A DNA stretch of 64,000 nt from Camelus dromedarius. Lineage: Eukaryota. The first letter of the stretch is position 1; every line of letters starts with the position of its first letter. Position numbers and translations under genes: made by a program. This document shows, one piece after another, positions 52,713-64,000 of the stretch. A model generated the notes under the pieces. It was not told where the DNA came from. It was given only the letters and a program-made list of their open reading frames with translations, and ran no database searches. Location of the stretch: positions 101,372,001-101,436,000 of the forward strand of contig NC_087437.1 of NCBI RefSeq assembly GCF_036321535.1, in the 5' to 3' direction.

Positions 52713-53767
52713 TACCACTTAGTTTTAATTTTTCCCAGAGTACTTCCTGTAGTGCCTTTTACAGCGAGTTACTAATTGAAGATAGACCCAACTCTCCAGG
52801 GAAGATTGTCCAAATTTCAAGTGAGCAAGTATTTTCTGAACAGGACTTGGGAAAGGGCTAAGGAAGATTAGCGTCCTTCGAACAGGAATTAAAAATAGTT
52901 TTTATCTTGTATAAACAGTGACTATAAGCCTGATAAAAACAATCAACAAATGTTGATTATATGCTTTGTGTCAGAAGGGCTATAACTAGAGAGGTTGGGC
53001 AAATTATTAGTGAAATCCTTTCTCACTTCATGAAAAAATATATTTGTATAAATATATGAAATACATATTCTGATATATATAAATACACATATCTATACAT
53101 ACATATGTATAGAAATAGCTATATATTTAGATTTGGTTTTGTATATTACAAAAATATTCCAATACTATAAAAAGATTTATCTACTCTTTTGAAGCTAAAT
53201 TTTCGTGCATGTAGAAGCAAGAAGAACGGGGTAGAAAAATGTGAACAAAAGAAAAAGAAAGGAATTAGATAGAAAAGGAAATGTTACCAATCCTTGCCTA
53301 AAAAGTTCTTTCTTCTGCCTCAGTAAAGGCAATCTGAGTGGGAAAACAATTTTCGTTTCCCAGTTACTTTCACCACCTCATGTTGATATAAATTATTTAC
53401 CAATTCAGCAGTGTGCATGCTGAGCATGGCCTATAACCTGGGATGTCTGAATCATATTTGTGACTCATATTTCATGCATTTCAGTTTGTCTCAAAATGAT
53501 ATTTCAAAAGTCCATTATACACATTGAAAATAAACTCTTACACTTATTGGGAACATGTGCAAATATTTAATGACATTATTAAAACTCACTATTATTCTTA
53601 GTTTTAAGAATAAAGTGTTATATATATTTTATAGCATTTATAGTTTGTAATTATAAATAATTATGGCAAAGAAAAATCACCTATACAAAGAAAAGTCATC
53701 ACGGAAAATTCATAAATATTTTCTTTAAAACTTGTACTCTCAATTGAGACAATGTGGAATAGTAAAG

Positions 53768-54640
53768 GCATTCATTCATTTTATCTTTATTACATTCCTA
53801 CAAATCTACAGACTTCTCTGTGCTAGGACACAAATATCCTGTGATGAGCACAGTTTGAACTGGCAGAGACATATAAAATATTGTGAAAACAATTAAATGA
53901 AGAGAATCAGGGTATAATACAGATGCAGGGCAAATAAATACATTTACAGCTGGTAGAGTAGGTGACAACAACTAAGTATAAATAGGCACATAAGAACTTT
54001 TCAGGAAGAGATGGAAGAAAGATGGGTAACAGGAAATGTAGTCCATAGGAAAACCTCCGTGTAAAGACTGCTATATCTCGGGGTTACTAAAAGTGGTTCT
54101 TTTCGGTTGAAATAAAGAGAGAATTTATAACATAATAGTAAATAAGAAGGCAGGAAAAGGCCACATCTTAAAATGCCTTGTTAATCCCCCAAAGTAGAAA
54201 AGGTGCTCAGAGTTGTCTGGTGGTCAAAAAACATGGCCAAGAGCTTTGTACTAAGGTCTTCAAATTTTAACCAAATACTTTAATGAGGTGACACTGAAGC
54301 ATTTTAACTACTGGAGAAGATTGCTCACTAAATATAGTTTTTAAATATATTCACTAGCTTCAGTGTGAAGGGTGACTCCGAGATGAAGAGGCTGGAAGAA
54401 GTGAGAACTGATAGCCCAGAACAGAGACATCCATTAGAAGGTTGATTTAGTAATCCCAACAACAAACCATATGGTCCTAACTAAAGCAATGGCATTGGGG
54501 AGAGAAGGGTGTTAGGATTTTCCAGGATATTTGGAAGGTAGAATGCATGACGGGGTTGCAGTAATAAAATACATAAGCATTAGGAAAGAAAGCAGGAAGG
54601 ATGAAAGCCACGTGACTTGGCATGTTACCAAAACAATTAC
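53768..54640 (-). mobile_element. L2
   Basis: Starts cattcattcatt; ctctgtgctagga; ttagaaggttgatttagtaatcc. Confidence 0.65.
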
Positions 54641-54689
54641 CACATTTCAAAGTTGCACCTAAGGTCAGGTCCAATTTGAATGTATTCTT

Positions 54690-55012
54690 TCCCTGAATCA
54701 TTTTTCTCATTTCTTCTTCTAACTAAATACTACTCATGATTCAAGTCTTAGTTTAAACATTATACCTAATTTGAAGCTTTTCTTGTATACAATAGCCTAT
54801 ATTAGATGCCCATGTATGAATTTTTCTGTTGCCTTTCTCTGGGTATTTATCATAGTAATTATGATTCCTTCTCAATTTTTTTCTCTTTCTCACTGGAATA
54901 TATGTTCCATTAAGTGATAGATCTTTGTCTGTACCGTTTCCTTTACATGCCCTAGTTGCTACCATAGCAATTTGAGCATTAAAGCTGTGATAAATATTTG
55001 TAAAGGAAATAA
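54690..55012 (+). mobile_element. L2 3' end
   Basis: tactcatgattcaagtcttagtttaaacatta...gataaatatttgtaaaggaaataaa. Confidence 0.65.
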
Positions 55013-56169
55013 ATTTTAAAAAAAGAAGAAATAAACAAACATGAACATTATAAATTATGCTTTTTAAATTTGAGGCAAAATCTACATTTCCTAAGATTTA
55101 AATCTCAAGAATAAATTCCTACCATGCATATTTCCAGGGCAATCCTAAAAGGACATTTTGGAGTGCTCTGCCCGTGATATATGTGTGATTTCTTTAATCA
55201 TGTCTCCCCAGTGAGTTATATTACTTGCTCTATAGAGTGTGTGGGCAGCCATTTTGCTCCTCAGAGCAGCACAAGTGTTAGTTTTGATATGTGGCTTAGT
55301 CCTTAGCTATCTTTAAGATCATTTTTCTTCACATATGCAGCTATAACCTTTGAGAATTTCTAGTGTTTCTAATCTAATATTTCCTGAATTAGAGAGCTGA
55401 GAGCAGAATGAAAAGTATTCAAGGAGAAAGATGCTTACCATAATATGATTCTTAGCTCAAAGATTCATTCATCCATGTCTTTAAAAAGACCCAAGACATA
55501 CAACCTTCAGGTCAGGGGCGCAAGTCACATATTACAGAGAAGGACAACCGGAACCCATAAATAATTTCCTGTAGTTTATCATTTCTTTTTAAAGAAATAA
55601 TAGCTTTAAAGCTTAGTAACTGTGGACCCAAAGGAAACATTTTTTGGATCGTTTGTCTATAACGGTTTTTAAAAGGCCCAGAGAGCAATGGGAAGTAGAT
55701 AGCTTCCCCCTTACCCCATCTACTGAATTGATAGTTAGGCAAACCTAGCCTAGTCCTTTCTGTAGCAAATGATTAGAAATCTGAGGCTTTTTCATTGACA
55801 CAGTTGTTAAGATGTGATGGGTTTCTTTCTCTGTAGTTTTAATACCACAAAAAGAATTTCTGTCATAGTCAATTTTAACTATTTTTTAACTATATTGATA
55901 AGACAAAATAAGCAAATTCACATAGTTGTAAATTTTGGGGTGGAATAAGATATCCAGATATTTAGGTATTTTTAAAAATCTGGACTTAAAAAAAAGAACT
56001 ATATGTGCAGTTTTTTCATGGAAATATATAGGATTTGCATTTGAAAGACATGGGCTCTAATCCTGATTTTATTCCTACCTGGCTGTACATCTTAGGAAAT
56101 GAAATCAGTTTCTGAACATCACATTTTGCCGCATAAAATGAGAGAAATTTATTAGCTGACCCCAAGTTT

Positions 56170-56630
56170 GTTTACTTACTCTATCAAGACCTTAGTTACA
56201 AGAAACAAGACCTGGTCTAGTTTAACAGAAAAATTAACCTATTAAAGGGTATTGTGCAGCATGACTTGTCTTCATTAAGATGTGAACACCAGGCCTGAAG
56301 CCTGCCCAGCCAGGAATACTACTCCACTGCCACCATGAAGACACCTTTGTGCAGCCACAGAACAAATCAAATGACACCACTTCTGCCTTTGCCCCTGCTG
56401 CCCTGCAGAGGGGTGTCTCTGATCCTCCTTTGCCAGAAAGAACTCTACTCTTATTTCTGACCCCAAACCACACCCACTGACCTGATAAGAGGAGTCCTTT
56501 CATGCCTATGATCTCCTTACCAGGGAAGGCTAGAAAGTAAGTTTTGGCTTCTGCTTGGAAAGGCATGGACTCAGGTGGTTCATTCTGCAAATGCAGAAAG
56601 AGAGCTTGAAAACATACTTTTCTTACCACA
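56170..56630 (-). mobile_element. Old MLT1 (M/N/O-like) LTR
   Basis: ttagttacaagaaacaag...ctagtttaacagaaaaa; cagggaaggctagaaagtaagttttggcttctg. Confidence 0.55.
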
Positions 56631-57124
56631 GAAGAAAAATTGAGTAAAAATTTATTTATGTGAATAAATTGGAATAAAATTTAAAATATGAATTACTGAA
56701 TAACTTGGTTAAGATATCATAGCCTTCTTTTAAATTTCTAGTATATTCCAGTGTAGAATGTGAGCATTTATAATCCTTTACTTAGAATTGCAAGATAATA
56801 TGCATTATGTTCCCTTAAGAAGGAACTTATCCAATGATGAGTAAATCTAAGCAAAATCAGATATGTCTACAGTAAGAAGACTCTTATAATCGAAATTATG
56901 ATCTCTTAAAAAAGCTTAATATTTTAAAAAAATTTCTTAAATAGGGTTATTTTGCCTATACAAATGAAAACAATCATTTGTACTGAAGTTTATTATTATT
57001 AAGGTGTATTTATATTTGTAGAATTCAAATCAGATCAGATAATCTACTTAGAAGAGTTTTTACTTATTTTGTTTTTCTTTGCCAATAGAAAAAAATATTG
57101 TGTCATTTAAATTGTATGATCAAA

Positions 57125-57476
57125 AAATACCATATGATGTCACTCATATGTGGAATTGAAAAAAAAAAGGACGCTATGAATTCATCCACAAAACAGAAAC
57201 AGACTCGCAGACATAGTAAACAATCTTATGGTTACCAGGGAAAGAGGGTGGGAAGGGATAAATTTGGGGGTTTGAGATTTACAAATGTTAACCATCATGT
57301 ATAAAATTAGATTTTAAAGTTTCTTTTGTATAGCACAGGAAACTCCTGTTCAATATCTTGTAATAGGCTTTAATGAAGAAGAATATGAGAAAAAATATAT
57401 GTATGACTGGGACATTGTGTTATATACCAGAAATTGACACACTGTAACTGACTGTACTTCTGTAAAAAAAATTAAA
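57125..57476 (+). mobile_element. Young camelid-type L1 3' end
   Basis: aataccatatgatgtcactcatatgtggaat...aaacagaaacagactcgcagacatag; 17-bp TSD taaattgtatgatcaaa 57108-57124 and taaattgtgtgatcaaa 57477-57493. Confidence 0.93.
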
Positions 57477-58714
57477 TAAATTGTGTGATCAAATTTGTTA
57501 TCATTTAATTCATAATCTCTTCAATTTTCTTCTGCAGCTTCTTCCTCCTCCATTTCACACTATCATCCTTCCATTCATTTTTCAAATTAAAAGCAGGTAT
57601 CAATGTGTTTTCTGCTCTAGTCATACTTTCCTCATTCCAACCTTTGAATCTAAGTTCAGGTTTCCTATGTTGGAGTTAAGTGGATAAAATATTTTTGTGC
57701 TTCTGCACAGTTAGGGCTTTTTGAAAACATTTTGTTGAAATGTGGGACCCTGTTTTAAGAGAAAGACTTATAAGTTAATTTACTACTATATTTACTACTA
57801 TAGTGAGAGAATGTCAGAGAAATTTAACTCCAAAGGTATGTGTTTCCATATCAAGGGGAAATGAGGCTTAGTATCTTGGACACAAATCTGGTTGATGACA
57901 CTGGGTTTTTCTGGCCCTTGGAGAAGTCTATTAATATACCAAAGCGTCAGCACTATGACTCAGTCTCAGTACTTCCCAAGTAGATACTCCGAGAAAGTGA
58001 GGAAGTGTAATAGACAGTTTAATCTTTAAAAGTAAAGAAAATCTTTTTTTTTTTTTTTCTATCTCTCTCCCAAGGAGCATCTGACCACTCCTGCAGGAGG
58101 TTTTTCCATTTGGCTTTCATTGTGTTATCCCAGGGTAGAAATGAAGCAAAAGGTATCAAAGCAGTTATTATAAATAATGTAAGTAATAACAGTTAATTTG
58201 TCTCTGATCCAGTAAACCTTGCATGAACATTCAGTATAAAATTAATACAGAAAAAATTAAAAGCCCAATTACTGGAAAGAAGGGCATCAGAAATACCTGC
58301 TACATTTAAATTTTTGAGCTATAGGACAGTTTTTTATCAATATTTAATGGGAATTACATTAGGAAAGGAGCAATGGAATTAATATAATATTTTTGAACAG
58401 TAGAGCAAGAAATGGTGAAAGTAAAAGAAATAAAATATTATAATGGAAGTTCAGGATGCATTTCTTCAGTGTGGTATTGGTTAATATGCTGGAAGGGACT
58501 GAGTTTAGGGAAGTCGGGGAGGAAACTGGAGACTGAACTGAAGTCAGATGGAGACAGACCATGCGCACTGATCAGAGATCGAAGACTAAGATAAGAAATT
58601 GTAAGAAAAAGCCTTGGCTTAATAAAATAGAAAGTTTTATGATTCTAACATATAGAAATAATAATAAAATAATTGAGTGGTATATTTAATATATCATTTA
58701 AAAATATATCTGTA

Positions 58715-60095
58715 CATTTCTGTCTTCTGCTAAATCTGGTCAATTTTAATCATTATTATTTCAGGTACTTTTTCAGCTCCACCTTATTCCTCCTCTCTTT
58801 TGAGATTTTGGTGATGTGAATAAGAGATCTCTTACAGTGCCACAGATTCGCGAGGCTCTTTTCATTTTATTCAGATTTTTTTTTCTAAATTATTCAGTGT
58901 GAGTAATTTCTGTTGTTCTATCATGAAGTTCACTGATTTCTTCTCCTCCCACCTCCATTTTGTTGATGAGCCCATTCACTGAGTTTTTATTTTATTTTAT
59001 TTTTAGTTCTATTTTTATCTAATTTTAGTTTTAGTTCACTTTACTTTACTTTTAGTTTTAAATTTTCCATTCAATCCTTTTTAGATATTCTATTTCTTTG
59101 CTGAGACTGTCTAATTTTCATTTGACTCAAGCATATGTGCCATGCTTGTTGAAGCATTTTTATCATGGCTGTTGTAAACTCTGTGTCAGATAATTCTAAC
59201 ATCTCTATCATTTTGGTGCTGACGTCTATTGATTTTCTTCTTTTAAATTTCATTTGAGATCAACTTAGTTCCTGATGTAACCTGTGATTTCAACTGAAAT
59301 CTCTTTATTTTGTGTGTTATATTGTGAGACTCTGGGTCTTATTTAAGCTTTCCTCTGGCGCCCCTCCTGCAACTGATGGGAGTCATGCCTTGTTACTTAA
59401 ACCACATAGAATACATTTGGATGGAGGTAGAATTCCTGACTCTCCACCAGACTCCTGTGATATCAGTCCAACAGGAAGGAAAAGAGGTCCCTCCTAACTG
59501 CTGCATGGGGTTAGCAGTTTGTGTTCTCCAAATTACCTCCACTGACTCTGACGGGGTCAGGGGGGTGTCGTTACTAACTGTCAGAATGAAAATCCCAAGT
59601 CCCTAATCAGCTTTCTCTGCCACCAGCCCAGAAATACAGTTGGAGTACTTGCTACAGCCTGGTGAAGATGGAAGTCTCCCATCTTGGTCTTTGTTTGTAG
59701 GGATGTGCTTTGGACCATAGAGTTTTTCTGCATTGTTTGGTTGGAGTACAGATGTTATTCTCTAAGAATGTTCTGTCCTGCTCAGCTACCCCTTTCTTGG
59801 ACTATTTGTCAAAAAGAGCAGGCTTTTTTAGGGGATTTTTGGCTATACTCATTGGTGTTTCCAAGCTTCTGGCTGCCTCACTTCCAGGTTTTGGATGTAC
59901 GAGGCAAAAAAGAAAACCCAAGGATCTCATCATGGGTTATTGCTTTGGTCCCAAGATCCCTAATAGGTCTGACTCCCTCTCTGCTCCTTTCAAAGTCTTT
60001 TTATATTTGTTTTATATACAATTTACAGTGTTGTTAGCTATACTTAACAGTGGAATAAGGAAAACCATATCCATTCCTTCTTCCTGGAAGCAGAA
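58715..60095 (-). mobile_element. Old L1M 5'UTR plus ORF1 remnant
   Basis: ORF 59071-59253(-) gives MIEMLELSDTEFTTAMIKMLQ, like the L1 ORF1p N-terminal region; ends ttcttcctggaagcagaa. Confidence 0.8.
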
Positions 60096-60729
60096 TAATG
60101 AAGTTGCCCAGTTGTTACTTTAAAATTTCAAGGAACCAGTGTTCTCTTTTGTTCTTGTCTTTTACACAACTGTCATTCTATTTTTGCTGCCTTCTCTACC
60201 AAAGGCTTATGGTTATAGTTAACTGTTTTTATTTATTTGACTATAAGGTGTCTCTCTCATTTTTTCTGTTTATTCTAAGGGAAACTGGATGGAATTACCA
60301 TTTTTTAAAAATGTTAACAGTTGTATTATTTATTACTTTCAAGTATGGCTGAATTTTGTCTAATAACATTAAAAATATTTTTGTTCATGATTAATATTAG
60401 AAAGATGAACAGTATCCAAGTAATTGCCTTATTTTTACTTCAATGTGCCATTATAGCAAATACAAAAAAATATATATTATAATATTTTTACTACTATAAA
60501 TAGGCATAAGTTACCATCCATTTAAGAAATAATAGTACTAAAAGGCCTATATTTCATTTCTTGGAAGTAATGTTAAATCTATATAGTAAAGTTTCTTTTA
60601 AGAAGATCTTGTTATTATAAATTAAATGATTTTTAAAATGCATTTTACTTCAAGATATGGAAGATGTGGAAAGATAAATAGCAGTTAGTTATATCTCTAT
60701 AATATATCCATTTTTATAATATTGTATAC

Positions 60730-61240
60730 TATATTATTCATGAGCTGGATTTTGCTGTACAATCAATCAATCAAATTTAGTGGCCTAAAAGACCAACCAT
60801 TTTATTTAGCTTATGATTCTGTGGGTTGACTGGGAATGGCCTGGTCATGGTACTGGCTTCTTCCATGTACCTCTGATCTGCTGGCAAGTTGGCTGGTGGA
60901 TGCCTGATGCACATAACAACCCTCACATGTCTAGCAGTTGGTAGGTGCGTTGGTCTAAGGACCTCAGCTGGGATGGCTAATTTTGACACTGTGTGGTCCC
61001 TTATCATACAGTAGGATGAGTTTTACACCTCATGGCCTAGGGGTTGCAAAGAGCAGCAAGTAAGGGTTGACTCCAACATGCAAGTTCTTTTCAAGTCTCT
61101 GCTTCCATAACATACGCATGTCCCCTTGACCAAACCAAGTCATGTGACAGTGCATCAGCACATTATGGATGGGGACAATATCAACAGTATAGATACAAGC
61201 AGGGGGATTACTGCATTCACTTCTGTAAACAATATTCTCT
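60730..61240 (-). mobile_element. MLT1H-like LTR
   Basis: aaatttagtggcctaaaagaccaaccattttatttagcttatgattctgtgggttg...ttttcaagtctctgctt...gaccaaaccaagtcatgtgac. Confidence 0.82.
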
Positions 61241-62619
61241 GTGGTTATTTATCTTTGCTCTAAAATGAACTTCAGGGGAAGTAGATAATCTACATGTATC
61301 TGCCTGTGTCTTATCTACACCTTTAGATTAAGATCAGAAATGATGATATGGATAAAATGGGGTGGAAAAAGCCACTTCATGAGTTTTATAGTTATTTGCT
61401 AAGATCTTTGTTATAAGAGCAACCAAATACATTAAGATCACAATAAACATTAGCATTGTCTCTGTTGTGAAATCAATAGAGATATCTCACACGATATTAG
61501 AATAAGGTTAACAGGCATAAATGACCTGCAATATCTCTACCAGGAGAATATTAAAATGTACCAAAATAAGCATAATGAAACTTTGCAGTAGGGTTACCAT
61601 TCTCAGCTTTATCTCAGACAGTGTCCTTTCTAGGGATAGGGTACCATTACTACCTCAAACAAAGCTCAGAGATTTAGAGAGGATTTTGTTAGAAAAGATA
61701 TAGCATCATCTTGTTATTTGTCTTAATCAGCTCCAAATTAGATCTCTCTGTCATTGGTAGTAGGGCTCAGTTAGATATGAAGAACTCTATGACCCATTCT
61801 CCAGCTATCTTGGTTGCCGGCTACAACTACAAACAAGGCAATTACTAGAATTGGGGGAACATGAAATTTGGGGAAGTAGGATGCCTATCCTAATCCACCA
61901 GCCTATCATTCCAAGCAGCACTAAATTCTTTTGATTTGGAATAACTTCCCTGCTAAAGGAGATTTTGGAATTCAATTTAATACAGCTTATACATCCAAGT
62001 TTTACTCTATCTCAACACAGAGCGATTTGCTCCCATCCTATGTTATTTTCTGTGCTGTCACTCTCTTGCTAATTTGTTGATCTTCACACCTAAACCCACC
62101 TACCCCCTCCTCTACTCTTTCCCCAAACTAGAAAACTCCTCAATGCACTCAGGTCTATCTGACAAAAGTTCTTCTCCTGTCTTGATTGAAACCTGACCAT
62201 AATCTACAAATATACTTTTCCCTGTTGCCATTTTACCAAAAACTGCTTTTCATTTTATGTCTTATGAAGATCAAGGTTGGGAGGCATTTCAGTTTCTATG
62301 TTTTAAAATGTCCTCATTACTTCCCTAATTTTAAGGAAAAAAATCTTTCAAGATTCATTTGCATTGCATCCCAATTTGCCCTCATCTCATTTTCTTCTTT
62401 ATCTTCCTGTTCACTAAACCCTCTCAGTTATTATTTTACTTCTTATCTTACAATCTCTAATACTACTCATGGCTTCTTTCTGGGTAAATTCAATGTCCAG
62501 TGTAATTACTCTCTCAATGAATACTGAATTTTTAACATCCCTTGAATATCACTTGCTGACCTCTTCTACTTCAGAAATCAACTCTTTCAACGTTTGATAT
62601 TTCCTCCAAAGCTTGCTTC

Positions 62620-63460
62620 CTTCACAGTTTCTCCTTCTCAATAAAAATAATAATAATAATAAAATAAAATAACTTTCTAAACACCAGTGTAGAAAACTTG
62701 AAGTCATCTTAAACTCTGCTGCTATTTTCACACTATATATGCAATTCATCAGCAAATCCTCCTGGCCCCTCCCCTCAACATGTATCTATAATACAAACCA
62801 TACACATCCCTTCTCTTGTCAGTTGAAATTACCATGATCTCACTCTTGAGTTATCGCCTGAGTATCCCTACTGGTCTTTTTAACTTTCCACTCTACAGTT
62901 TATTCTCCAAAAAGTAGGAGAGTAATTCTTATATAATAAATGCCATATTAGGTCACTTCTCTGATCATGACCTAGCAAGAACTTCCCATTCATTAAAAGG
63001 AAAATCCATATTTTTTTACAAAAACCTATAACATTTTATATAACTTAAATAAATAGTCTGACCTCAAGGTTCTCATAAACAGTTTACAAATTGTGCAATA
63101 TAAGAGATGCCAGAGACAATCTTAACTATTAATGGCAGTTCTTTAGCCCTTCATATTTCTTCTTACATTCTCTCCAAAATCATGTCATGCGTGCCCCTTG
63201 ATTTCCCTCAAAAGTATCTGGATATCCTCCTCAGGTGTTTTACATTTTGTCCCCTCTACTTGGAATGCTCTTTCCCAAGATAATGGCATGGCTTTCTTCT
63301 TTGATTTCCTCATTGTCTTTGGTCAAATGTCACCTTATAAACAGAGTCCTTTACCTGACCACTCAAAATAAAATAACAACAATCATCTCTTCACTCTACC
63401 CACTGACTCAGTCCTGGAACTTTTTACTCTCAGATCAATTTATTGGATGTCATTTTGTTC
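62620..63460 (+). mobile_element. L2a
   Basis: aaaacttgaagtcatcttaaactc...catcagcaaatcct...cttggaatgctctttccc...tcaaatgtcacctt. Confidence 0.8.
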
Positions 63461-63744
63461 TGTAGTTTGTCTCTGGGGTATAACCTCCGAAGGCTCTGTT
63501 TTCTCAATTCCCAGTCCAGTTGGCTTCATTGGAGTTTGTTCCATGAGAGGAAGCAATGGCCTCCAAAATGAGGCCAGAAGGAAGAGAGAATCCAAGTTAA
63601 TTTTTTTCTCCCTTCTCATAATAGTGGGTTTCTCTGTCACACATTGCCACTGGCACATGGCTATTAGTCAGACCCAACCATGGATTCAGATTTCATTGGA
63701 TGTGAAATCTGTATAATGACTCCAACAATACCTTGAGTCTATGA

Positions 63745-64000
63745 ATTTTACCTGCAAGTAAATAGACTTTGTAGATATAATCAAATTAAAGATCTTGAGT
63801 GGTAGAGAGCTTAGCAGAATTACATCCTAAAATTATGTGGAAATCTGAATTTATAAATAGTGAACTTGTGTATTTAGTTGAGATTCCCAAGCAAAGTATT
63901 GAAATACGGCCTGAATTCTTTCTGTTGCTCACAGAAAATGTGAGTGAAAGGGATAAATTGAAGGGAAAACTGTTAAGAAAAATAAACCAGAATTTAACAA
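63745..64000 (+). mobile_element. MLT1 LTR fragment joined to MaLR internal sequence (runs off the window)
   Basis: gactttgtagatataatcaaattaaagatcttgag (MLT1 LTR), then tgtggaaatctgaatt...tatttagttgagattcccaagcaaagtattgaa (MaLR-int). Confidence 0.7.

Noticed and set aside
54955..54971. Second X-box-like sequence gttgctaccatagcaat
   Set aside because: Wrong half-site spacing and terminal base, and it lies inside an L2 remnant
56234..56629. 131-aa minus-strand ORF
   Set aside because: Falls within an old MLT1-type LTR, has a non-ATG start and no recognisable domain
59684..60123. Long overlapping ORFs (117 and 137 aa)
   Set aside because: They lie antisense within an old L1 5'UTR, start at non-ATG codons and show no recognisable protein

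Overview
AT-rich mammalian non-coding DNA, almost certainly camelid (camel/alpaca/llama). It carries two tRNA-Ala-derived Vic-1-type SINEs and several young 5'-truncated artiodactyl/camelid-type L1 3' ends with recognisable target-site duplications (TSDs). These sit on a background of ancient eutherian repeats: MIR, L2, L1M/HAL1, MLT1/MLT2, MER5, MER53, MER103C, MER41-like, MER67/MER31-like, and an ERVK-type solo LTR. None of the listed ORFs looks like a real protein-coding gene; most are chance or repeat-derived frames. I cannot name a host gene and found no convincing new biological system. The best non-repeat leads are a candidate minus-strand promoter/first exon ending in ATG|GTGAGT (~13.0 kb), an RFX X-box in a CpG-retaining patch (~43.85 kb), a candidate 57-nt plus-strand exon (~30.4 kb) and a G-U-rich hairpin (~34.2 kb). 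Several retrotransposition fossils are well resolved: a triplicated target site, a twin-priming inversion, an internally deleted SINE and nested LTRs. Repeat family names come from recalled consensus similarity, not from a database search. Boundaries without a TSD are approximate.
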